This document shows positions 10,301-15,989 of a DNA stretch of 41,518 nucleotides, in pieces; the stretch's first letter is position 1, and each line of letters starts with the position of its first letter. The stretch is from the IMG/VR virus record IMGVR_UViG_3300025133_006663, positions 1-41,518 of that record; one strand, written 5' to 3'. Both the position numbers and the translations under genes were made by a program. Source of the DNA: a virus. Its lineage: Duplodnaviria; Caudoviricetes. The notes beneath the pieces are model-generated. The model ran no database searches and was not told where the DNA came from. It was given only the letters and a program-made list of their open reading frames with translations.

Positions 10301-10617
10301 GCCGGCTCAGGGATCACATTCAGCACATTAGCGATCGTGACGCTATCTGCGCGGCCACCAGCCACCGCTGCCATCACCTGCTGATTGTGCTGTGGTGGCC
10401 GGTTGTACGGATCGTAGACGAGGTTCTTGACGCCATGCTGTGCCAGGAACTGCGTTGCCTTATCGTAGGCCCCGCCGCCCATGTCGAGATTGACGCCGCG
10501 CAGCTGGCCCGCGATGTGCTTGTGCAGTGACGGAATTTGATCCAGCGACGTGCCCTCAGAGTGGACAGATTGCTGTACTGTCTGCCAATCCTGGCGGTTG
10601 TATGTCTCAACTGTCAT
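1369..10617 (-). CDS. Giant polyvalent protein (3082 aa): N-terminal class I SAM methyltransferase, several KOW/SH3-like modules, LPD5-like region, zincin-like HExxH domain plus LPD1
   Basis: MTase motifs NLDMGGG, YDPYN, ANVLNVI, LKPGGTVYI. The segment 'RGLQYGN...LGLAFGARG...AHFE...INMTRKNGSGSLAHEWAHFLD' (HEWAH at 4357-4371) followed by 'YWTSDVEMFAR...NTYLV...WP' is the zincin+LPD1 arrangement of polyvalent proteins. Start overlaps the upstream stop (ATGA, 10614-10617). Confidence 0.85.
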   Translation of the reverse strand: MTVETYNRQDWQTVQQSVHSEGTSLDQIPSLHKHIAGQLRGVNLDMGGGAYDKATQFLAQHGVKNLVYDPYNRPPQHNQQVMAAVAGGRADSVTIANVLNVIPEPAAQLQTLKEAADALKPGGTVYIDVYPGNGSGHPEKTSKGFQQNKPLQAYLPLVQQVFPQAKLTHSMIVAQNGGGQQQQAYARVSDAVDQYAKLGPAAGQKNLFTPQVTKSGAMKKRWQEELHPRTGKGVGNGGKFQSKHGGGQSVRVVDHGTHHIAHVQHPHTGEIHQYKGHDHAHAVRKAAVGSQNRGFTIENPKPQPEMGGLFAGAKKPQPAPPKPAGPQHTSPPPPKPKAQGGLFDNKQPQTPPPVAAKPPSAQPKPSNKPAAPPQHAGGGLFENPKEGDTKTEKGVEYVLRNARWHRTHEQQLKDKHTQSKQQAEQKAAHKQGMQKLVEKTHGTNESNEAMSEDEARKAIADLHAGIDKQKEPALKDEQPDWSDDQKEMRKAIIARATKRRENKEPGTPGFTGPPEPTYQQKKESERAAFNKAYNEGVEERRKEKQKKDEDELQAGFMKTPEKAEEPGRVRAVQYRDMKNFPVVPKPSKAEDWKHRSVGRNLRLFYAAQGNHTDENWQNYLQGRSEKDAYDEANSVDYTLREKALRSAIDFGDGELGKYIQGDDWQSHNVPPLPRPEERGYESAMNYIKPGQVVSFGHHDGTETIARLESKQGKKQSFVIVKPSETASGVHAGSRVKMHADDNFLFLGMVKPKDQPKGMPPVGTKGTRDWRAFEDGNYQPEGEGMFATGNVDATKAANRAGLGKPKEERKFAGHPRREHEHLRGAVDQDERKGIMISGIKRREAEVKVSRMVGDSAVPGVGETAHGKSEWNKLLNDTKDLPTATERGRKPAGRKMLKGQYVSIPKHDGSEVMGKVTRVTGNKFWVSTQGEHGLWAPTQEWPQDAGGILGMVNESEVSDDSLFGKKSVRQAAAAPPAEPKPFKLEGKQSKWEVPDSQKPDLPNQAPEKKATQSALFDAGKKEDLPGQEMLFDDPVDSDNSKTAESQARAAGKKDPHADALERGKKFTEYGPTYDRNIATSYGHYMNAKERGHSQQMLDGLHGELKMRLEAKAEREAKPKGMTDAESVKAMMPGAKKRQQAEQDAGVKGRERVAENNSWAENHIKIAADDISKLRKTDVHRVLDGAPDERRGHLESWIQKHRPDLSAEVNEVAHELDVENAARKDKEEAKAAKNKEMDDFVEKGKAAPKEVAGKYKHSDGDRVTINTPKDNNNDRHGQTGTIQGRSDSHLLDHVVKFDDGKTYEYHEDELQKAEGKTPKFTSVASGKDYTDQVNSTLQMQDLNKDDLGVLMDVIPGNQHDALIEHMQKTRPHMASVAQEIAQDRQREAAMVGYKKAVRDAHAKGGNIWNEIKAQTGQGTVDIMKQHGREARSEISDYHKELKEAAKPKPTPARAKAMAKQKQRQEMDEFVDGKKDKPLSMQLDEINDKNEPEGGWSDSDRVPMEQQKATKAAGGKSPHQGLLNRADWHKEDKGISAAAASLQEAIDEGYSPEMQKRMADQLSGKLERKNDGRMAEAVNRAGEEEKNKEQRPMPAATSDMTNDELRAAAAEAGKTKQPKEPKGAYDPERREQAPASESRQKEYEKQVAEYGESKKRASEIKDQLKHNDRVGRGEATAAVKATAASDTPSSDAVKKTDGHREAAQHYYDAQKHEDYAWARKSDVDNVGADLAGAARHVRNEWRTLEDLEAMGAAVAEKGITRSNLQKRKPNNFAVHAEKNPMTALAMHFAMNTIPQRPYGTKSNEAKGTSLDGMNADEFRASTRKQYVEMFDALHAKAEELAGGDMGPSEALHEFARFADSHRNKLTKGGYSQTVRTTYDALKKIHKQTRTAKNYKDKFSLDPSQDNYRFKSNTAIHKMREFAKLAQEHHGRFDGGDDVQQKAIDVISGSTVASVFGKKVAGGNKNAEKFNPSEAYVTGVSNRKGGRKVNTSSHGKTQKMLMGGLTIRGLQYGNSMTDDERVHHTAKSAEAFVDLADALGVPDEAIGMKGKLGLAFGARGRAGAKAHFESAGNVINMTRKNGSGSLAHEWAHFLDFNSGERMGTAASSQRNDNHKKLQTAWAAAKQRIGESVRERYEGFSAKVRQKEYEYWTSDVEMFARYSERLVQSNLHKEGRDNTYLVGLNKSGHSWWPSDAELEKARPHLEAIYSEFGKKWEGEHGKVERKERYERIRALRDGDSYQRADITAFIDQYFRDEWWVYVPEPSLSAAVDQYAQRTLGQLAVHGAADLAVSPFGKARAFNRMAKAAFGAWQGRNAGQQSPQHTALEKRHGLDAGQGHRMLQEHARRSARAELKGQTSPQQGQAPQQQQQAGGGYYEPPAAEWKGPAPDGHPDAPAPDPQKQLDFEGGPAATQSAPAPAPAAPAPAPSSGGYRAGSSPGLGATAAGVPISRREGGAWGEGSAGGRAPAQYRPGSIGDRLQQKRMGADAAGGSGYNLHDRIKDMVHKRAADHAQKNAPQKPAPAQPAGPALKGKAAHMAQQADALQQQSDANAASRGIRPDAGQGLSGGTRGAVPRDEPLPAGRVVNAEAPPREERQEIPLITEASIAAKRAGQAPGAPPAAAEGPSNKGFEELHPRGKEGQSDGGKFVKKGQEGAGSPTDQAPPPQLSPEQVHHIQQQKAAQAAAIEHKKAVEMEPLGVRVNGEKPAEAQNPYAGTALDLGGPAGMMASQSQEVDPQTSHNDFMAKQAKARAMRAHGEQQKATPGTRMYEDEQKRQASNYTGKAVSVGGQPAEVVGNAYGKTRVRYQDGTEKLHDPSEITAAPEQAPQDRSEQLKRELADRDARNAAKAEFNKLPKAAAAGETGLAQPNREDFRDADGVVDETAFREASAKWSSKERKFDNRRQDQHQDRIKAAATSAGVDPVELHQIAQQTHEMHMAQHKEWAPIVRQAQGLVSKSKAENIENSRDRAGAGDYSNVSGFDDMLDEMMSNNPHLDWGDNPSDTLWQKVKDGGRAPRLSDDHILRESVDYLTRQNSSSAANYGDPEGYEPPDHSGGYDPDDPDAVPFARQSDVTAILDRYMRAYCVAS

Positions 10618-13600
10618 TGTGCGAAAGCCTCTATGTAATTCGCGTAGGCACGAACGCCCTGCGAGTGTTGAACTGCTCGTGCGTATCGCGTGACCGAACC
10701 GGCCAGGCTGTACTGCTCTTTACGAGGATGGTGTTTCTGTAACCACGCCTCTAGCTTCTCTAGGTGCGGCCTCAGCTCCTCGCTGTTATTGAGATACCAC
10801 CGCTTCACCTGTTTGTCATCACTCCGTGGAACGCTCGGCACCTTCGTGCCCCAGCTTTCAGATTCTGCAACATTGTCCGCATTCAACGGCTTGCCGCTTC
10901 GTTGAAACCGGCCGGACATTATGTCGCGATTCACCAGCTTCGCCACCTTCCTCGCCGTCGCCCGGATCCTGTTTGCTTCTTCGTATCCCTCTGGATGTTC
11001 CCGCAATCTCGAAACGCCGTGATGTTTCGCAGCAATCTCGTCAAACGTCCAGTTTTGTGTAGCGTGACCGTGTTCCGTTTGGTTGCTGATCGTCAACGCT
11101 CCCAACGCCCGGCGCAACAGATCCCGCCTGCCGTCCTCCGTGTTTCCCGGATCCGCCGCCGCCCGTTCCAGCTTCTTTATTTTGACGTCCGCATCGTCCA
11201 TTTTTCGCTGCAGATTCTTGTGCTTCCAGCTGTCCGCTGGCGTGTTCTCGAACTCCATCTGCATCAACGCCCGCTTTTTCAACGCCGACGCCAGAGACGT
11301 AAACCCTTTCGCTGAGTCGGAGCCCTTCAGGTATCCCATTTCCTGCAATGCCGATTCCAGTGACGCCTGATGCAGATTTCCCTTCGTGTCCTCGATCTCA
11401 AAGACGTGGACGATATCACGCCCCGTCATGCCACTTGTTTCTGATTGGTCCCAGTCGGAGAATCGGCGTTCCTGTGTTTCATCGTACAGGCTGCGCCATT
11501 CGTACCGATGCAGCTTCGCACCCGACGGCCCCTCGATAGGTGTATCCATCCGAATTCGACGCCTACGCTTCGGACCTACATACCGCTCGGCAGGTTCAGC
11601 AGCTTTCTGCTCCGTAAACGTATCGCCGCCGGTTTTCCCCAGCCAGTTCAGCACGTCCGGCAAATTCTTATCAGGAGCCACGCCGATGTAATTGCCGTCC
11701 GCTGTATTGGCCTGCAGGCCGATGTGAGCCATATCAACCATGCGTTTGTGACTGTTCACCCGGCCCATGTGGATCCGCTTACCACGCCGCTTCGCTTCCT
11801 TCTGCAGCTCGATGTGATTCGGGAGCATCCCGGCTTTCCGCAGCTCGGCATCTGTCGGCCGAAAATGGTCCTTGTATTGCCCCTTCGGATCGAAGCCCAG
11901 TTTCCACGGAGTGCTACCACCCATAAACAAGACGTCGAACTCATCCCACGGAATCTGATCCATGTGGTCCTCCATGCCGTCCTGCGCCGCGAACGCCACC
12001 GGGAAGCCCAGTTCTCGAATCTTGGCGAAGTAAGGCCGTGACCGCTCGATAGTGCCCTCCCAGTCGCCAACGCGATCGGGAGCCACAACGAATTGCGTCT
12101 TTTCAACCGCTTCTGGATTGGCCGCCACCCGGTTCAGCATGTCCATAAACTTGTTGTGACTGAACGGAGCCGAGCCCGTGAACTCGCTGTAAACGCCGTT
12201 ATCCAGAGCAATATGGCTATAGTCCGGGATGTGCGCGATATAGCTTTGAGTGTGCGGAGTAATCAGCAGCCCGAGCCCGTCGTTTTCCTTCGCTGCGTCT
12301 CGCACAGGCTTGCTGCTGTGGCCGCTTAGGAAACTTGTGGGATGATCGCCATGCTTGTGGCGACGGGCCGCCCATGCCGCGTGTCGTGACACTCCCGGCT
12401 TCTTAGCGAATCGGCCGCCCTCCGTCTTTCCGGCCGCCTCACGGGGATGCTGTTGCTCGTCGAAGTTGAACCCCATTTGATTCGGCAGGGGACGCGCGTA
12501 ATCGTCAACAGCTGACGACAGGCTGTACCCCTCTACCACACGCGGGCTCATCTTCCCGTGTTCATCAAACTGCTGATGTTCGGCCATGTGCAGATTGGTC
12601 TTCGACGATTCCAACACGCCAACCAGCCATCGATACTGATTTACGTGAGAGTCTTCCCGCTCAGGCCCAAAGTTGTCCAGCAACCACTTTTTGGCGGATG
12701 CTCTTTCCCAGTTTGTGAACCGGCCATTGATCACTTTTGAATACGCATCCATGCCGCGATTAGCGAAGCCGTTTCGGTCGTAACCAGTCTGCGAGCCATT
12801 CACCGCCAGCAGCGCCATAATGACCGCCCCGCCGTCTGTCTCGCGAATTCTATCGATCACTTTTTCGGCTCGTGCCTTGCCCGGTGCTGTCTTCTTGTAC
12901 CCCACGGCACGCTGTAGCGGCTCGTACACCGACAAATCCCGTTCCATGAGCTGTTCCGGCGTCAACGCTCGGTCGTCCGAGAATGGCAACTCCATCCCGC
13001 CCAGAACCGACTGCATGTATTCATTCAGGTCAGTCATCACCTGAACCTGATCCGGAAGATTAGTAATCTGACGAATCGCTTCCACGGCCTTACCCATCGG
13101 CGGCTTAGCCCGCTGCATTTTGCGAGACACAAACATTCCCGTTGTCTGGTCCTCTGCCCCCCTAAAGTATCCCGCCTGCATGTCTTCCTGGCTGTATCCC
13201 GGTTCCGCCGGAAACGTATTATCGGAAGTCATCACCCGCTGACGCGCCCACTCACCTATCGCCTCAATCTGCTCATTCGGCAGTGCAGAGAAATACGGTA
13301 TCAGCTGTTTCGTTACGTTCCATCCGGTTTTCCCCGGCTTGTCGCCCACCCACATCATTTCACCGACTGGCCCGGTCTGTACCTTGATCCAGTTTTCTGC
13401 CTGCTGTTGCCGTTCCTTCTGTTCAGCTATCTGCTCAGGCGACAGCTGCCGAGCCACTGGCGCACGCCCCTTGCCGTCAGGATCCGCCACAGGAGCCCCG
13501 CCAAACGGATCCGCCTTCGGTCTCGGCTTTGGCTTCGGTCGTCCCGCTGACAGGCCGTGAACGGGCATCCAGTGGCCGCCCTTGTAGAATTTGCCGTTGA

Positions 13601-15419
13601 CGTTGGAATGGGCCCCGCCTTTCGGAGCCTGCACCATTTTCACCTTGCCATCCGGCACAGGGGCCTGCTTCTTAGGCGCAAACTCCCCGGCGTGCTTCGT
13701 ATCGTGCGAAGTCGTTTCTCGTGGGTGCTTCGCTTCATCGAAGTTGAAGCCCATCTGGCCAGCCAGCGGAGCCCGTGCGTACTCGTCCGTGGCCGCCTTC
13801 ACTGTGTCCGGCTCTTTGTAGATACCGGCCGGCACTTCCACATCCATGTCCTTCGTTATCTCGTCGTCCGACAACCCGAAACTGACGCCCTCCAAATAGT
13901 CCGACCACGGGTGTTTATCTCGGCTTAACGCCCCGTATGCCTTGTCAAATTGCCTCTTAACGTGCGGCATCGCGTTGTCAATACCGCCCATCGTTTTGAT
14001 GTGCCGCAGAGCCTTGCCCATGTCGCGTTCCAACTCTTCGACGGGCGGATCGTATCGAACGCCTGATTCGTCGTAGAGTCGCCGCATCGCCTGCCGGTCA
14101 TCCCCAACGTCGTCGGTCCATTCCCCGTCACCGCCGCGAGCTTTATCCGCTTGTCCCAGATCGAAGTGGTACACGTTGCCATCGTCACCGACGCCGAACT
14201 GTAGTTGATCGTTCACCGAGTACCCGGCGTCGTGCATCGTCTTCAGGTGGTCCCTGGCCTGCAGGAGCTGTTTCTCGTTCAGTTTGTCCGGTATTTCAAG
14301 ATGATCGCGGACGGTAAACAGACGGTCGCCGTGCTGCACCGTTTCCTGCTCTGGTATCCCCGTAACGCCTGCGGCCCGCATTTCCTCCGTCATGTCGTGC
14401 TGCTTCTGCGCCTTCGCAACCGCCTCATGTGGCAACCCGTGAGCCCAACGCCCTGACATCGGATGATAAGGGACCGTGGTCGAAGACTTCACAACGTGGC
14501 CACCTGACTTCCACACCACAGAATCGTTACCCTTGCCCAGCACCTCAGCCCCGCCATGAATCACGTTGTCTACGGCCGCGTGCCCGCTGCTGCCGTGTTT
14601 TTTCAAATAGCTGACGTCCCCGGTCATGTCGCTATAGAAGTGCTGCATGGACTCCTGCGGCACCGTCGCTGTTCCCATTTCGGACTTGATTTCAACGTGG
14701 CCCTTTTCGTTCCGTCCGGTGATCTTAGCCGTGAACCCATACCGGCCGCCGGCCTCCGGGAACGTGTGCGATGCCCCATGTTCGCCGGCCACGAACTGAC
14801 CGCCCACCTTCGGCCCCTTGGCGCGCGGATGCTTTGACTCGTCAAACTTCAGGCCCAGTTGCCCCGGCAAGGGAGCCCGTGCGTATGCTTGTACAGCACA
14901 TAACAGCGAGTACCCGTCTATCACAGAATGCAGTTGCATCTGCGGAGCATCCAGAGCGATTGTCACAGTCTGATCGCGCCGGTCGAGCCTAACGTCAGGC
15001 ATCACTACCGCGTCGTATCCGTTCTTCTGTAGCCACTCCCGCAGCTTTTCCGTGCCACCCAATCGCTCAGCTACTGCCTGCAGTTTATTCCATGCCTGCC
15101 CCGGCTCGCTTTCGTGAATTGTGAACGGCTTTTTCGCTTCGACGTTCGCGCCCATTACCCGAGGCCCGTACGCCTTTGCATTTTCGGCACTATTTGTAAA
15201 CCACGTTCCCAGCGGATCAATGCTACCCGCGCGTTTGTTGTTCGTGTGCTTGTAACCTGCATGCCTATCGAAATCGGTGAACTCGTGATGCGTCCCGTGG
15301 AAGTGCGTAAACTGCCCGCCCGTGCTGTCCCCTTTACCGGCACGCGGATGCTGTGACTCGTCAAACAGACCCATTTGGCCCGGCAGAGCATATTTGTCAA
15401 TTATAGTTGATAGATTCAT
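10614..15419 (-). CDS. Large polyvalent protein (1601 aa): ART-PolyVal-like ADP-ribosyltransferase, protein-kinase-like domain, TGT/DpdA-like TIM barrel, unknown domains
   Basis: ART: FHGT...F..F...GTWFT...AKAYG...KPF...GYDAV. Kinase: VLGKGNDSVV, VVK, HDAGYSVND, FDLG. Barrel: ALDNG, FVVAPD, AFAAQDG, LFMGGST, IHMGRVNS, ADG. Confidence 0.85.
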   Translation of the reverse strand: MNLSTIIDKYALPGQMGLFDESQHPRAGKGDSTGGQFTHFHGTHHEFTDFDRHAGYKHTNNKRAGSIDPLGTWFTNSAENAKAYGPRVMGANVEAKKPFTIHESEPGQAWNKLQAVAERLGGTEKLREWLQKNGYDAVVMPDVRLDRRDQTVTIALDAPQMQLHSVIDGYSLLCAVQAYARAPLPGQLGLKFDESKHPRAKGPKVGGQFVAGEHGASHTFPEAGGRYGFTAKITGRNEKGHVEIKSEMGTATVPQESMQHFYSDMTGDVSYLKKHGSSGHAAVDNVIHGGAEVLGKGNDSVVWKSGGHVVKSSTTVPYHPMSGRWAHGLPHEAVAKAQKQHDMTEEMRAAGVTGIPEQETVQHGDRLFTVRDHLEIPDKLNEKQLLQARDHLKTMHDAGYSVNDQLQFGVGDDGNVYHFDLGQADKARGGDGEWTDDVGDDRQAMRRLYDESGVRYDPPVEELERDMGKALRHIKTMGGIDNAMPHVKRQFDKAYGALSRDKHPWSDYLEGVSFGLSDDEITKDMDVEVPAGIYKEPDTVKAATDEYARAPLAGQMGFNFDEAKHPRETTSHDTKHAGEFAPKKQAPVPDGKVKMVQAPKGGAHSNVNGKFYKGGHWMPVHGLSAGRPKPKPRPKADPFGGAPVADPDGKGRAPVARQLSPEQIAEQKERQQQAENWIKVQTGPVGEMMWVGDKPGKTGWNVTKQLIPYFSALPNEQIEAIGEWARQRVMTSDNTFPAEPGYSQEDMQAGYFRGAEDQTTGMFVSRKMQRAKPPMGKAVEAIRQITNLPDQVQVMTDLNEYMQSVLGGMELPFSDDRALTPEQLMERDLSVYEPLQRAVGYKKTAPGKARAEKVIDRIRETDGGAVIMALLAVNGSQTGYDRNGFANRGMDAYSKVINGRFTNWERASAKKWLLDNFGPEREDSHVNQYRWLVGVLESSKTNLHMAEHQQFDEHGKMSPRVVEGYSLSSAVDDYARPLPNQMGFNFDEQQHPREAAGKTEGGRFAKKPGVSRHAAWAARRHKHGDHPTSFLSGHSSKPVRDAAKENDGLGLLITPHTQSYIAHIPDYSHIALDNGVYSEFTGSAPFSHNKFMDMLNRVAANPEAVEKTQFVVAPDRVGDWEGTIERSRPYFAKIRELGFPVAFAAQDGMEDHMDQIPWDEFDVLFMGGSTPWKLGFDPKGQYKDHFRPTDAELRKAGMLPNHIELQKEAKRRGKRIHMGRVNSHKRMVDMAHIGLQANTADGNYIGVAPDKNLPDVLNWLGKTGGDTFTEQKAAEPAERYVGPKRRRRIRMDTPIEGPSGAKLHRYEWRSLYDETQERRFSDWDQSETSGMTGRDIVHVFEIEDTKGNLHQASLESALQEMGYLKGSDSAKGFTSLASALKKRALMQMEFENTPADSWKHKNLQRKMDDADVKIKKLERAAADPGNTEDGRRDLLRRALGALTISNQTEHGHATQNWTFDEIAAKHHGVSRLREHPEGYEEANRIRATARKVAKLVNRDIMSGRFQRSGKPLNADNVAESESWGTKVPSVPRSDDKQVKRWYLNNSEELRPHLEKLEAWLQKHHPRKEQYSLAGSVTRYARAVQHSQGVRAYANYIEAFAQ

Positions 15420-15421
15420 GG

Positions 15422-15449
15422 TTTACGTCCGTACTGCATGTGCTACACT
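15422..15449 (+). promoter_or_regulatory. Putative sigma70-type promoter, antisense to the virion operon
   Basis: TTTACG-N16-TACACT; same architecture as TTGACG-N16-TACACT at 36706-36733. Confidence 0.45.
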
Positions 15450-15528
15450 ACAATCATACTGATCAAAACACAGGACAGTGCCTGAAGAAATTAGCAGCGT
15501 TAGATATTGACGCTGAATCGGTGGAATC

Positions 15529-15702
15529 ATGAATCGCCCGCCAATCCTTTCGCCTGCATGGTATTACATTCGTGCCGTGGAACTCGGACAACGAACGATT
15601 GACGATCTGGGGCGTAACCTTTGCGCTGCCCATTGTTCGGGCGACACGTCCGACGAGCGACACCTGACGCGCGCTTTGGAATATTTGAAGAACGTGAGCT
15701 AA
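15529..15702 (+). CDS. Small hypothetical protein (57 aa, MNRPPILSPAWYY...ALEYLKNVS)
   Basis: Below the ORF track cutoff; ATG preceded by GGTGGA; fills the gap between two minus-strand genes and follows a candidate promoter. Confidence 0.45.
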   Translation: MNRPPILSPAWYYIRAVELGQRTIDDLGRNLCAAHCSGDTSDERHLTRALEYLKNVS

Positions 15703-15707
15703 GACCA

Positions 15708-15989
15708 TCAGATTCGGTCCTCTTCCGTCATGAAGTCCCCCGGCACGCTGTACACATATCCGCTCGGATCGCCCGGATCCTTATCAGCCCCATCGAACAA
15801 CGGCAGACCCGCCGCATAGCGATGATGCAGGACCGCCAGCTTTTCGACCGTTCCGGGCACTGCCTCTGTCGGCTGACCGGCCATGTCTCTCGGAAACGAC
15901 GTAAACCGCGCGTCGATGATCGCCTGCCCCTCCTTGCAGGAAGAACCAACATCTTGAAGCGCTCGCGGATCTGGTACGGCCGAAGTCAT
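15708..15989 (-). CDS. Hypothetical protein (93 aa) with PTxAxPG[TS]xEKxxVLxxRxxxGxPL motif
   Basis: Start overlaps the portal stop (TAATG at 15989). Confidence 0.75.
   Translation of the reverse strand: MTSAVPDPRALQDVGSSCKEGQAIIDARFTSFPRDMAGQPTEAVPGTVEKLAVLHHRYAAGLPLFDGADKDPGDPSGYVYSVPGDFMTEEDRI

Noticed and set aside
1369-15419. Virion RNA polymerase, inteins or a DarB-type SNF2 helicase in the giant proteins
   Set aside because: No DxDGD/DFDGD, intein terminal (C...HN) or helicase Walker/DExH motifs recognised.
15463-15708. Minus-strand 81 aa ORF between the portal-linked gene and the giant gene
   Set aside because: Composition is unconvincing and the opposite-strand 57 aa ORF has promoter support; not fully excluded because its ATG overlaps the upstream stop.
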